The notes beneath the pieces are model-generated. The model worked only from the letters and a program-made list of their open reading frames with translations. It made no database searches and had not been told where the DNA came from. This document shows positions 27,992-38,149 of a DNA stretch of 64,000 nt, in pieces; position 1 is the first letter of the stretch; the number at the start of each line of letters is the position of its first letter. The stretch lies in contig JAYPJF010000002.1 of NCBI GenBank assembly GCA_038128225.1, positions 39,451-103,450 of the forward strand, given 5' to 3'. The position numbers were made by a program, and so were the translations under genes. This stretch comes from a bacterium (GTDB taxonomy: Bacteria; Patescibacteriota; Minisyncoccia; Phycocordibacterales; UBA2100).

Positions 27992-29491
27992 ATGACGCTC
28001 TCACATAATGGGATAAAATTTCGGAGAACGACCCGGCGATCTGTCGCTGTGTTTTTCATTTTGTGTGTTGAAATAGTTCTTTCGTTTTTCTTATACGTAA
28101 CATTAACCGCGCACATGCTGTGGCCTGAAAAGTCAGGCGCAGCGGTTGGTGTTGCCAACATACTTTCATATGAAGGTCGGCTCATGGATGAAAACGGTTC
28201 GCCGCTGGGCGGAACAGGCGAGCCGTATTGTTTTCGATTCTCGATTTACGACGCGCAGTCTTCCGGTACTAAATTGTGGCCATCAGGAACACCCGCAACC
28301 ACCACTGCAACCACTACCGACGGAGTATTCACTGCACTCATCGGCCAAGCAGACACGCTCGATTACAATTTTTATTCAAGCGACACGGTGTTTCTGAATG
28401 TTGACGTATACACGGCGACATCAACAAACGGCACTAATTGTTTTAATGGATCGTGGGAAACGCTCGCGCCGAGGCAGCGGGTTGCGGCAACGGGATACGC
28501 ACGCGCCGCGGAAAATGTCTATAGTTCACTTTTCTCAACCAACGTCGCTTCGGGTATCGTACAAGTGGGGACCGGCGTTGGCGGGGCGTCACCAAAATTT
28601 CTCGGACTTGATGTAAAAAACACTAATGACTATATCGGGCAATCGTGTGCTACTTCAGGAACCGTATGGTACAACTCTGCGATCTCGAAGGCGCTCGTGT
28701 GCGAAAACGGCGTGATCCAAGCAATCAGTAACTCTTCGGCCACTACCACTATCGCGGCGTTAACAGCAAATGGAGGCACGCCCGTAACCACGGGCACGGT
28801 CGTATTTTCAAATTCGAACGGTGTCACTTTTGGCATCAACGGAAACACGATCACGGCAAGCGTAAATGCGGGGGGCGGCGGCACCACCTATAGTGGATAT
28901 GCACCAGAGTATCATGGAAAAGAGCAGGTCGCGGGGCAGCAGGGGCAAGGAACGTTTTTTGTTCAGCCAATGTGGAATGCTCCTTCATTTCAATTTGATC
29001 GATTTGTGATGCCGATCAACTTTTCCAATACATCAAACTCTTCGGGTAGCGCAACCCTTTCATTTTGGGTGGGAGTGTACTCAAAAAATGTTTCAACACT
29101 TTCACTGGTCATGAGCAGCTCAGTTTCGACGAATGTGACTATGTCGGGAACTGCAGGGAGTTATTCACTCTACGCGGGCCCAAGAAACTTGACTATACCG
29201 TGGACGAGCACTCTTAGCGGAAGTGATTATTGGATTGGCATTGGATCGCGCACCACGACTGGCGGCGCAAACATGTCGATTTCGCAATTTTTGGCATCAC
29301 AACCAAACTCAGTGTATTCAGGAAACTTTGGTGTCGCGAGTAACGCGACGAAAGGAGGCATCCTCGGGCAAGGGTTTTATAGCGCAACAACTTCCGCCGT
29401 GCCGGCATCGATTGCGTTTACTCAAATCAATGCCTCAGGTTCCCTAAACCGCAGGCCGCCCGTGTATTTTTTCATGAGTGACTCTATATGA
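27992..29491 (+). CDS. Fibre/adhesin-like surface protein
   Basis: TM, SYEGRLMD..YCFRFSIYD..GTKLW domain, S/T/G/N-rich C-half with GTVVFSNSNGVTFG. Confidence 0.6.
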   Translation: MTLSHNGIKFRRTTRRSVAVFFILCVEIVLSFFLYVTLTAHMLWPEKSGAAVGVANILSYEGRLMDENGSPLGGTGEPYCFRFSIYDAQSSGTKLWPSGTPATTTATTTDGVFTALIGQADTLDYNFYSSDTVFLNVDVYTATSTNGTNCFNGSWETLAPRQRVAATGYARAAENVYSSLFSTNVASGIVQVGTGVGGASPKFLGLDVKNTNDYIGQSCATSGTVWYNSAISKALVCENGVIQAISNSSATTTIAALTANGGTPVTTGTVVFSNSNGVTFGINGNTITASVNAGGGGTTYSGYAPEYHGKEQVAGQQGQGTFFVQPMWNAPSFQFDRFVMPINFSNTSNSSGSATLSFWVGVYSKNVSTLSLVMSSSVSTNVTMSGTAGSYSLYAGPRNLTIPWTSTLSGSDYWIGIGSRTTTGGANMSISQFLASQPNSVYSGNFGVASNATKGGILGQGFYSATTSAVPASIAFTQINASGSLNRRPPVYFFMSDSI

Positions 29492-30216
29492 AATCCGCAG
29501 TCATTATCGAAAACCTTGGTCTCGGCGTTCATAACACTGATCTTCAGGCAACGGTCGCACGTTTGGAAAAGGGAAAAACGTATCAAAATCTTTCAACGAT
29601 CATAGTGTGTCCGACGCGCGGTATGATTCCGGATCGTGTCGTGCAGTCATGGATGGGGCTCATAAAGCCCATGAATCAAAAGATCGTTGGCCCCATATTC
29701 TTTCGTGGATATGAAGTGGGGGAAGCGTATAACATGGCGGTGAATTTTATTCTCTCCAACCCCGAACTCAGTACTTGGAAATACATGCTCACGATTGAAG
29801 AAGATAACTTACCCCCGCAAGATGGGCTCATGCGTCTGTATGAGAACATGGATACCTATGATGTTGTCGGTGGTTTGTATTGGACAAAAGGCGAAGGTGG
29901 TCAACCTATGATATATGGGGATCCAACTGTCGAGCCACTGAACTTTATTCCCCAAAAACCTGTTCCAGATACTTTGGTGCCTGCACGGGGACTCGGAATG
30001 GGATTCAATCTTTGGAAGATTGAGATGTTCAAAGATGAACGTATTCCGAGGCCGTGGTTTAAGACGTGGAATGACATAACCCCGGGGCAGGGTGCACGCG
30101 TGTATACACAAGACCTCTATTTTTACGAGAACGCGGGGAAAGCAGGGTATCGATTTGCGTGCGATACGCGGGTCAAAGTGGGGCATCTCGATGTTACAAC
30201 TGATGTTGTTTGGTAG
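29488..30216 (+). CDS. GT-A fold glycosyltransferase-like protein
   Basis: PTRG, IEEDN (DxD-like), VVGGLY, GMGFNL, QDLYF, DTRVKVGH. Confidence 0.7.
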   Translation: MKSAVIIENLGLGVHNTDLQATVARLEKGKTYQNLSTIIVCPTRGMIPDRVVQSWMGLIKPMNQKIVGPIFFRGYEVGEAYNMAVNFILSNPELSTWKYMLTIEEDNLPPQDGLMRLYENMDTYDVVGGLYWTKGEGGQPMIYGDPTVEPLNFIPQKPVPDTLVPARGLGMGFNLWKIEMFKDERIPRPWFKTWNDITPGQGARVYTQDLYFYENAGKAGYRFACDTRVKVGHLDVTTDVVW

Positions 30217-30219
30217 TAT

Positions 30220-31176
30220 ATGAAAAAATACATTTTCGCTCTCTGTGCACTCGTGTTTGTAGCGATAGGCGGATTTTTTGCAGGTGCGTATCCGCACAAT
30301 TCTGCGGGAGCAGAAAGCGCTCTTGCGGTGAAGAAGTCGAGTGGACACCCACTCATAAACCCCACTGTAACCGCTGGGCTTGAAAAACACTTCATCATCA
30401 ATGTGCAACCGTTGAAAGAACAATTTATGAGTATACAAAAACAATACGCACATAAAACGTATCTGTATTTTGCCTATCTTAATAATGATTCATGGGTGGG
30501 GTTGAGCGAGCGAGAGTATTTCACCGCCGCATCGACAATCAAAATTCCTCTTGCGATGAGTGTTATGCGTGCTGTGGAAACAGGAAAACTCTCACTCGAA
30601 GACAAATACACTATTACCTTTGACGATTTGGACGTGGGTTTTGGCACGTTCCACGAGCGTGCGGAAGGGAAAACGGTGAGTATTCGAGAATTAGTACGCA
30701 TCATGCTTGAGGAATCTGACAATACTGCAATGCAGTCATTAATTCATGTATTGCAAAACAGTGGCAGCACCGATCCTTTCGAACAAGTTTACGCGTTTAT
30801 GGGATGGGACAATTATCCTGGGCTTGGGGAGGCACCGGAATACTTCGCCATCAATCTCAAAGTACTTTCCAATATGTTTCTTGCACTCTACAATGCACGG
30901 TACGTAAACGCTGATCATTCTCAAGAAATACTACACTATCTCGATAATGCGAATTTTAACGAACAAATTGTTGCAGGGGTTCCGCATTCGATTGCGGTTG
31001 CGCATAAAAGCGGCGTGCAGACAGAGTCTCAAACGTATTCAGATTGTGGGATAGTATATGTCCCAAACCGGCATTATCTCCTCTGTTTGGGTTCGGAGGG
31101 CTCGTCAAAAGATATTGCCGACGCATTCATGAAAGAAGCATCGAAGGCGGCATATGAGTTTGTCATCAATAACTAG
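30220..31176 (+). CDS. Class A beta-lactamase-like serine hydrolase
   Basis: ASTIK (SxxK), SDN, HKSG; signal/TM. Confidence 0.85.
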   Translation: MKKYIFALCALVFVAIGGFFAGAYPHNSAGAESALAVKKSSGHPLINPTVTAGLEKHFIINVQPLKEQFMSIQKQYAHKTYLYFAYLNNDSWVGLSEREYFTAASTIKIPLAMSVMRAVETGKLSLEDKYTITFDDLDVGFGTFHERAEGKTVSIRELVRIMLEESDNTAMQSLIHVLQNSGSTDPFEQVYAFMGWDNYPGLGEAPEYFAINLKVLSNMFLALYNARYVNADHSQEILHYLDNANFNEQIVAGVPHSIAVAHKSGVQTESQTYSDCGIVYVPNRHYLLCLGSEGSSKDIADAFMKEASKAAYEFVINN

Positions 31177-31247
31177 GACAGGATTCTCGTCACCGCGGGA
31201 TACAAGCACCAGTGGAAGGGTGTCGAAAGCACTAGTATACTGGCGCG

Positions 31248-31760
31248 ATGAAGTTAGATATCGCGTGCGGACAAAATAAGCGTGAGGGATTTATGGGAGT
31301 CGATATTGCGCCAGGACCTGGCGTTGATTTTGTGTGGGACTTAGAACAATTTCCCTGGAAACCGTTCGCGGACAATTCAGTGGAAGAAGCGCATGTGTCG
31401 CATTATGCGGAACACACTAAAGACCTGATGTCATTTATGAACGAAGTGTGGCGAATTTGCGAAGATGGCGCAAAAGTGACAATTATCGGGCCGTACTACA
31501 CGTCTATTCGTGCGTGGCAGGATCCTACTCATACGCGCGCGTTGAGTGAGGCAACGTGGCAGTACTTTCAAAAACCGTGGCGAGAGGTGAATAAACTCGA
31601 CCATTACCCAATTAGGTGCGATTTCGAAGTTACAAACATGCTTCTGTTTTTTAATGAACCGTGGAATCAAAAATCGGAAGAGGCGCGCGCGTTTGCGGCG
31701 CAACACTACTTTAATGTAGTCTCCGATATACTGGTTGAACTGAAAGTCAAAAAAGCGTGA
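31248..31760 (+). CDS. Class I SAM methyltransferase
   Basis: LDIACG, GVDI, DNSV, EVWRI, AWQDPTH. Confidence 0.85.
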   Translation: MKLDIACGQNKREGFMGVDIAPGPGVDFVWDLEQFPWKPFADNSVEEAHVSHYAEHTKDLMSFMNEVWRICEDGAKVTIIGPYYTSIRAWQDPTHTRALSEATWQYFQKPWREVNKLDHYPIRCDFEVTNMLLFFNEPWNQKSEEARAFAAQHYFNVVSDILVELKVKKA

Positions 31761-31772
31761 TACCCTTACGCT

Positions 31773-32219
31773 GTGTCGCCTCGAATAATTCATATCGGAG
31801 CATTATGCGCGGCACTCCTCGCCTCTGGTGCGGCGTTTCTTTATCTGCACCCGTTCGGATCGGAATCAGTTGTGTATGAGCGCATCGCATCTATTCCTGC
31901 GGCGCCGACGTTGCCACCGTCACCGCTTATGACCTATCCAGATCCTGATACCTACCAGCAGTTCGTGTTTGCTGCGCGCGCTGAGGCGGTGGTCGATATA
32001 ACGTGTGAGGATGCCTACGCGACGGTTCTGATCTATCCGCGCGACGTTGATTATCGGAAAAATCCCACGGGCGCAAAACACAACATCGCGTATCTGTGTG
32101 AAGAAAAAGGGGATACAGCGTTGTCGATTGATCTCCATGGCAAACCATTTACCGTGGGCGAGACCTACTACATTGTTCGCGCGCACCAAGGTAGCGGTGA
32201 ATGGTATAATCCCTATTAA
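31773..32219 (+). CDS. Membrane-anchored protein, paralogous to C-terminus of 25769
   Basis: TM plus C..VL..DY..P..N.A..C..YY..A.Q..W.P. Confidence 0.65.
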   Translation: MSPRIIHIGALCAALLASGAAFLYLHPFGSESVVYERIASIPAAPTLPPSPLMTYPDPDTYQQFVFAARAEAVVDITCEDAYATVLIYPRDVDYRKNPTGAKHNIAYLCEEKGDTALSIDLHGKPFTVGETYYIVRAHQGSGEWYNPY

Positions 32220-32221
32220 GT

Positions 32222-32611
32222 ATGTGGCACTGGGTACAGTCATTCGTTTGGATATTTATTTTCGTGATGGTTTTTGGTGTCTTTGTGCTGTGGGGGCCTG
32301 CGCTAGGGCCGTTTCTATCTCTTCACACCGCGCCGTATACGCATGATGTATATGGAGTGTACTTAGAAAGTGGTCACGTGTTCTATGGAGAAATCAGATC
32401 AGTAGGATGGCACTCATTAGTGCTCGAAAATGTCCACTCGTTCCAGAATGTTACCGTGGGCGAAACTTCGACAAGTAATTTCCAGGCACAAAAAGATAAT
32501 CCGCTCACGCGGCCTGAAAACTGGTTGGTGATCGAACGAGACGCGATTCTTTTTTACGAGAAACTCACTCCTGCTGCAAAAATAATGTCGCTTATTCGTG
32601 GGGAATCATGA
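32222..32611 (+). CDS. Conserved CPR-type membrane-anchored protein (Sm-like fold?)
   Basis: YGVYLESGHVFYG...PE..LVIERDAILFYEKL. Confidence 0.6.
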   Translation: MWHWVQSFVWIFIFVMVFGVFVLWGPALGPFLSLHTAPYTHDVYGVYLESGHVFYGEIRSVGWHSLVLENVHSFQNVTVGETSTSNFQAQKDNPLTRPENWLVIERDAILFYEKLTPAAKIMSLIRGES

Positions 32612-34218
32612 ACTATGTAGTCGGTTTTATACTCGCAGGGTGCGTAGTGCCAACGATTGTGTTTGGATTCACCGCAACATCAACAAATTTTCACGTAAAT
32701 CAGGCAATTGTTTCGATCGGCGGCGGAAACCCCACAAGCTCAGTAAGTACATCGACCAACTTCCAGCTTTTTGGCGCTGGCGGGCAAACAGGCACGGGGA
32801 CGTCAACAATCGGTTCGTCATTTACGTTGTACGGTGGCTTTCTGCGCTCGATGTTCAAAAGTGTTCGTCCAACGTATACGCTCGAGCATTTTCATTGGCG
32901 CAATGATGATGGCACGGAAACATCAGCGACCTCGGGAACGTTGGGTGTGCAAGATACGGCAACGTCGTCGGTGCCAAAATCGGCAGCAAAACGATTGCGC
33001 ATTGCAGTTTCAAACGAAGGTGGGACTCAGGCAAACTACAGTGCTACCCAGTTTCGACTTGAGTACGGCCTTAAATCAACAACGTGTGGAGCGATAAGCT
33101 CGTGGAGTGATGTTGGTGCCGGTGCAGGGGATTGGGATATGTCAGATTCGAGCAATGTAACCAATGGAGGAAATACAACCAATATCGCGCTAGGTAGTGG
33201 AGGCGTCGGTGACGAGAACAAATACTTTATTGGAGATGGAGGTGTTCGCGATACCGCAAGCGAAACGAGCGCACAATTTGTTGAGAGTCACTCGTTTTAT
33301 GAAATCGAATATTCCATTCAGGCGCTCGCTGCTGCAACCGACAGTGGTACATATTGTTTTCGAGTGACCGCATCGGGTACCGATACGCTCTTTGTGTATG
33401 ACGTATACCCTGAAGCAACTCTTGCGGCAGGAGCGGGAACGCGGCCGATTGCTTCTGCGGTTTCGATTGACTCCGGTGCTGCCGCGGTGACACTCACCGA
33501 AAACACGATAAAAAACGTATCGTGCGTAGGCACGGTAACTGATACTGACGAATTTGCTGACATCACTTCGGTAACTGCAGATTTGTATCGAACTTCGGTG
33601 GGAGTCGGCGGGGGAGAGGATGACAATAACTACTACCAACTCGCAGGAGATGCGGAATGTGTTCCTTCAGGGGGCTCTGGAAACTCTGAAACATATACGT
33701 GTACATTTGCCGTGCAATATTTTGCCGACCCGACCGATACAGGTTCTCCAAATGCGAGTGACACATGGACGTGCACGATGACTCCTTCTGACGGCGTGGG
33801 AGCAGGAACTGCCGCGTCAGACACAATCGAAATGAATTCTCTCATGGCGCTCACGGTGACTGCGACGATTGCGTACGGAAGCGTGAATGCAAATGCCGAC
33901 ACGGGGAGTGTGAACCAAACGACAACGGTCACTAATACCGGCAATCGCGACATGGATCCAGAACTTTCAGGCGTCACCATGGCGGACGGAGGGAACTCCA
34001 TCGCCGTTGGTCAACAAAAGTACGCGGACGCTGCATTTACCTACACATCCGGAGGTGTCGCGCTTTCTACTACGCCGACAGCGATCAATGTAACTTTGCC
34101 TCAGCGGACCGGAGGAGCAATTAGCGACGATGTACTCTGGGGTCTTGGAGTTCCTAACGGTACACCGATCGGAAGTTACACAGGAACAAATACATTTACC
34201 GCAGTAGCGGGGTTGTAG
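32608..34218 (+). CDS. Secreted beta-rich surface protein (large WxL/pilin-like)
   Basis: Signal peptide; C-terminal half paralogous to 34273; ends LWG..VP.GT..GSYTGTNTFTAVA. Confidence 0.65.
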   Translation: MNYVVGFILAGCVVPTIVFGFTATSTNFHVNQAIVSIGGGNPTSSVSTSTNFQLFGAGGQTGTGTSTIGSSFTLYGGFLRSMFKSVRPTYTLEHFHWRNDDGTETSATSGTLGVQDTATSSVPKSAAKRLRIAVSNEGGTQANYSATQFRLEYGLKSTTCGAISSWSDVGAGAGDWDMSDSSNVTNGGNTTNIALGSGGVGDENKYFIGDGGVRDTASETSAQFVESHSFYEIEYSIQALAAATDSGTYCFRVTASGTDTLFVYDVYPEATLAAGAGTRPIASAVSIDSGAAAVTLTENTIKNVSCVGTVTDTDEFADITSVTADLYRTSVGVGGGEDDNNYYQLAGDAECVPSGGSGNSETYTCTFAVQYFADPTDTGSPNASDTWTCTMTPSDGVGAGTAASDTIEMNSLMALTVTATIAYGSVNANADTGSVNQTTTVTNTGNRDMDPELSGVTMADGGNSIAVGQQKYADAAFTYTSGGVALSTTPTAINVTLPQRTGGAISDDVLWGLGVPNGTPIGSYTGTNTFTAVAGL

Positions 34219-34272
34219 GTGTGGATAACTACAGAGAGCGGCGACGCTTCACTATATACTTGATGAGTAACT

Positions 34273-35244
34273 ATGATGCGCCGTGCACGATCGCTCAACT
34301 TCAACGCGTGGACAATTTCCGCGGTAGTTTTTGCAGCAGGCGTTTTGGTCTCTGCAACTATCGTGCTCGCGGATACTGCATCAACTTCGGTTACGGTAGG
34401 TAACTCATCTCCTACCGTGAGTGCTGTGTCGATGAATGGCGGCACAAACATTACTCTTACCGAAAACACGTTTGTGAATGCCACAACAACGTTTACGGTA
34501 ACTGATGGGAACGGATGCAGTACGATTTCAAGTGTCTCGGCGCAGTTTGCCTTTGCTTCAACGAGCGCGGCGCTCTACGGAGCCAATTGTTCCTACAATG
34601 CGCAAGTGTGTTATTTCCCAACACTCTGTGCAGCAACAACGACAGGAAATACATGCACTGGTGGTTCTGATACTTCAGTACAGTATGATTGTGGCTACAA
34701 AATTTGGTATCCTGCGCGACCCACCGACGGCTCCTCCCCGGGTCTTTCGAGTGCGCAGTGGTACGTCTCAGCAACCGCGACGGACGCAAGCGCAGCAACA
34801 GGAAATGCAACAAATACCGGCGAAACCATTGAGGTTGTTACTTTGAATGCACTTAATGTGAGCGGATCCATTGGCTTTGGAACCGTCTCCGCAAACGCAG
34901 ACACTGGCGGCACGAATCAAAGCGTCACCCACACCAATACTGGAAATACCGCGATTGATAATCAGGTGTCTGGTGACGTAATGTGTACTGACTACTCGAC
35001 GTGTGTTGGTGGTGTACTGCAGCCATCGCAGCAGAAGTTTGGATTGAGTGACGTAACGTACGCTTCACTCACGAGTACACTCGCTGCAACCACATCGCCT
35101 GCATCAATTGAATTTGATCTGGCGACTTCCTCAGCAACCACCACTGCAATCACTGATTTGTCATATTGGGGTATTGCGATTCCAAACGGTCAGACCACTG
35201 GCGCGTATACGGGACAAAACACTTTTACCGCGGTTGCTGACTAG
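34273..35244 (+). CDS. Secreted beta-rich surface protein (WxL/pilin-like)
   Basis: Signal peptide; ends YWG.AIP.GQ..GAYTGQNTFTAVAD. Confidence 0.65.
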   Translation: MMRRARSLNFNAWTISAVVFAAGVLVSATIVLADTASTSVTVGNSSPTVSAVSMNGGTNITLTENTFVNATTTFTVTDGNGCSTISSVSAQFAFASTSAALYGANCSYNAQVCYFPTLCAATTTGNTCTGGSDTSVQYDCGYKIWYPARPTDGSSPGLSSAQWYVSATATDASAATGNATNTGETIEVVTLNALNVSGSIGFGTVSANADTGGTNQSVTHTNTGNTAIDNQVSGDVMCTDYSTCVGGVLQPSQQKFGLSDVTYASLTSTLAATTSPASIEFDLATSSATTTAITDLSYWGIAIPNGQTTGAYTGQNTFTAVAD

Positions 35245-35276
35245 GTTTCCTGTCGCGCTCGTGTACACTTAAGCGC

Positions 35277-36167
35277 ATGTATCGAGGCTTACTTTTTTCA
35301 CTGGTACTGGTAGCCTTAACTGTCCCTTGGATTGCGGATGCCGGATTTGGTGTTTCGCCCCCACTTGTTAAAGAAGACCGCCTTGTTCCAGGTATTACGC
35401 TTGAGCGAATTGTGTACTTGGTCCAGGGTAGCCCTGAGCGCGATCTGCAAGTTGAGTTGTTTGTTGAATCTGATATCAGCGACTGGATACGCTTTCCGCA
35501 AGGTAACCCGATCACGATTCCAAAAGGTGTGCAACAATTTCCTCTTGCTGTGCAGGTGAGTGTGCCCGCTGACGCGCAGCTCGGTGTATATAAAGGCTCT
35601 ATTCGCATCACCACGGTACCTGAAAAAGCTGACGAGGCAGGTGAAGTAGCGATCGCGATTGGCGGATTGGTTGAACTGGATCTCACGGTTGGTAATGACG
35701 TTATTGTCGATTTGAAAGTGCGTACGATTAAGATTTTGAATGTGAAGGAAGGCGATGACGCTGAAGCAGATGTCACTATCGTTAATAGCGGCAACGCACC
35801 GGCTGCACCAGACGCGGCGACGTTTGAATTATTCAACAAATTTGGTGAGCTACGACTAGCGTATGGTGAGACGCAAGAGTTCAAGCTTGTGCCCGCGTTT
35901 GGCGAGCTCGTTGAACATCTTTCGTTTCCTATCGATATTCATCTTGCTCCTGGAGAATACTGGGGCCACGTTAAAGTGTACAAAGATAAGGAGTTAATTG
36001 GAGAGTTGCGTACGGTGTTTAATGTTACGGAAAAAACCTTTTTGGAAAAATACCAGTGGTATCTCGTGGGTGCATTGGGGCTTCTTGCATCCATACTCCT
36101 CCTTGTATTTGTTGTCATGATGCGGCGCCAGAACAGACCCGTATACTACGAGCAACCTATACGATGA
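35277..36167 (+). CDS. DUF916-like two-Ig-domain protein with C-terminal TM
   Basis: Signal, FGVSPP start, VPxDAxxGxYxG, NSGN, C-terminal TM plus basic tail. Confidence 0.55.
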   Translation: MYRGLLFSLVLVALTVPWIADAGFGVSPPLVKEDRLVPGITLERIVYLVQGSPERDLQVELFVESDISDWIRFPQGNPITIPKGVQQFPLAVQVSVPADAQLGVYKGSIRITTVPEKADEAGEVAIAIGGLVELDLTVGNDVIVDLKVRTIKILNVKEGDDAEADVTIVNSGNAPAAPDAATFELFNKFGELRLAYGETQEFKLVPAFGELVEHLSFPIDIHLAPGEYWGHVKVYKDKELIGELRTVFNVTEKTFLEKYQWYLVGALGLLASILLLVFVVMMRRQNRPVYYEQPIR

Positions 36168-36170
36168 AAC

Positions 36171-37265
36171 ATGCGCGTTGCAGCATTGCTACTTATTGTG
36201 TGCTTCATAAGCACGTGGGTGTATGCGGACACGGCGTCGATAACGGTAACGGTGATTATCGCACAGTGTACTGACGGGTCTGATAATGATGGCGATACGC
36301 TGATTGACTACCCTTCTGACCCAGGGTGTTCTTCGACTGGGGATAATGATGAATCAAACGCTGCCCCGCACTGCTCGGACACTCTGGATAATGATTCTGA
36401 CGGTCTTACTGATTACCCCGCAGATCCTGGGTGCTATAAAACCAGTTATATTTCCGAGGCAATGGCTGCGGGGGGCGGCGGTGGTGGCGGGGGGGGTGGA
36501 GGAGGCGGAGGTGGGGTGGTATCGAGTGGGTCAGCGGTGACTCTAACCGGGTACGCCTATCCAAATAGCGTTGTGCACGTATACCAAGACGGACGACGGG
36601 TATTAGAAGTGTATGCGGGTTCCGATGCGCGCTTTACTGCAACGATACAAAATCTTTCTGCGGGTATTTATACGTTTGGTGTAAGTGCGCAAGATGAAGA
36701 CGGAAGACGTTCGGCGCTGTTTAATATTCCACTCTCCGTCTCTGTTTCATCACAAACAAGTATTGGCGGCACCGTACTCGCACCAACGATAACATCGGAT
36801 TACGAAAAAATTCGTCACGGTGACACTTTGACGCTTTTTGGAGCAACGATTCCGAACGCGCAAGTGACTGTTGAAGTCAATTCTGAGACACAGCTCTTTG
36901 TTCGCGCTGAATCAAATGCTGATGGCGCGTATCTCGCGAGATTTGATACGTCACAGATCGAGCGCGGAGATCACGTCGCGCGCGCGAAAGCCGAGTCTGA
37001 AACTCTTTCGATTCCGTATGGGACGGCGATAGGGTTTGTTGTTGGCGATGTAAACGTGCCGCGTGTTGAGGCGTCTGGTTCGGTGCGTAAAGGCGATCTC
37101 ACAAGTGATGGAAAAGTTGATATTCGAGATTTTTCAGTTGCTGCGTACTGGTATCGACGAACACTTACCGCCGAGTTTGCGCTCATCGAGTCTGAAAGGC
37201 TCAATGGCGATGGAAAAATTGATCTGAAAGATTTTAGTATCATGGCGTATTATTGGACCTCATAA
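36171..37265 (+). CDS. Dockerin-domain surface protein
   Basis: Duplicated GDLTSDGKVDIRDFS / LNGDGKIDLKDFS; two CxDxxDNDxDxxxDYPxDPGC repeats; poly-Gly. Confidence 0.8.
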   Translation: MRVAALLLIVCFISTWVYADTASITVTVIIAQCTDGSDNDGDTLIDYPSDPGCSSTGDNDESNAAPHCSDTLDNDSDGLTDYPADPGCYKTSYISEAMAAGGGGGGGGGGGGGGGVVSSGSAVTLTGYAYPNSVVHVYQDGRRVLEVYAGSDARFTATIQNLSAGIYTFGVSAQDEDGRRSALFNIPLSVSVSSQTSIGGTVLAPTITSDYEKIRHGDTLTLFGATIPNAQVTVEVNSETQLFVRAESNADGAYLARFDTSQIERGDHVARAKAESETLSIPYGTAIGFVVGDVNVPRVEASGSVRKGDLTSDGKVDIRDFSVAAYWYRRTLTAEFALIESERLNGDGKIDLKDFSIMAYYWTS

Positions 37266-37267
37266 CT

Positions 37268-38113
37268 ATGCGTATCTGTTTTCGACCATTTCTCTTCGCC
37301 GCGTTAATAGCTGTGTTTGTTATAGTCCCAGACCAGGCGATTGCCGCATCAGTTGAAGCACGTGTCGCTCGAGACGGGGCCCTGTGGAGAGTCACATATA
37401 TTTTGCACGCAGAGGGGGCTGCGTTAAACGTACTTGCGGGGACGTTTCCTTTTTCTTCTGATCTAAAAGTAGAGCGCATAGAAACTGGACGTAGTATCAT
37501 CCAGCTTTGGGTTACTTCTCCCAAAAATGACCGTGCTGGCGTAACGTTTGAAGGAGTTGTTCCGGGCGGATTTTTGGGGAGCGCAATCCCGTCCCGAGGA
37601 TTGACTGGCTCGGGAGAAATAATGACTGCCGTCTTTTCATCAGAAAAGGATCATGGGATATTGGCGGGTGGTTCTATTAGAGGGTATCTTCACGATGGCA
37701 GTGGGACGGAGGTTTCGCTTCCGTTTGCTGAAGTCACGTTTGATGCACGAACTCCTGAAGAAAACGTTTCTGATGACCGTACACCTCCCGCACGTATTTT
37801 TTTTGAAATTCTAAACGAGCCTTCAATGCTCGTGCTTGACGCTCAAGATAAAGAAACAGGCATCGATCGCTACGAGGTGAAGATAGGGCGCACTGAATGG
37901 AAGACTGTCGAGCCGCCGGTGCCGCTTTCGCAGGCGGAGCGAGATGCGCGCATTGCCGTGCGTGCATTTGATAACGCCGGAAATTTTCGTGAAGCCCTTG
38001 TTCAGGAATCATCTCCGAACGAAACATACAAGCGCATCTTAGGTATTATTGGCATACTCGTGATCGTCCTCGTACTGGCGGCGGTATATATGCGCGTGAT
38101 GCACAGGGAGTAG
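37268..38113 (+). CDS. Cohesin-like + Ig-like protein with C-terminal TM
   Basis: N..GT..F..SII.LWV.P..F.GVVPGGF..LHDGSGT; D.TPP, D.ETGID.YEV, A.DNAGN. Confidence 0.7.
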   Translation: MRICFRPFLFAALIAVFVIVPDQAIAASVEARVARDGALWRVTYILHAEGAALNVLAGTFPFSSDLKVERIETGRSIIQLWVTSPKNDRAGVTFEGVVPGGFLGSAIPSRGLTGSGEIMTAVFSSEKDHGILAGGSIRGYLHDGSGTEVSLPFAEVTFDARTPEENVSDDRTPPARIFFEILNEPSMLVLDAQDKETGIDRYEVKIGRTEWKTVEPPVPLSQAERDARIAVRAFDNAGNFREALVQESSPNETYKRILGIIGILVIVLVLAAVYMRVMHRE

Positions 38114-38149
38114 TTTCAGAACTTCTCTATACCGTCTATGATACGTTTT

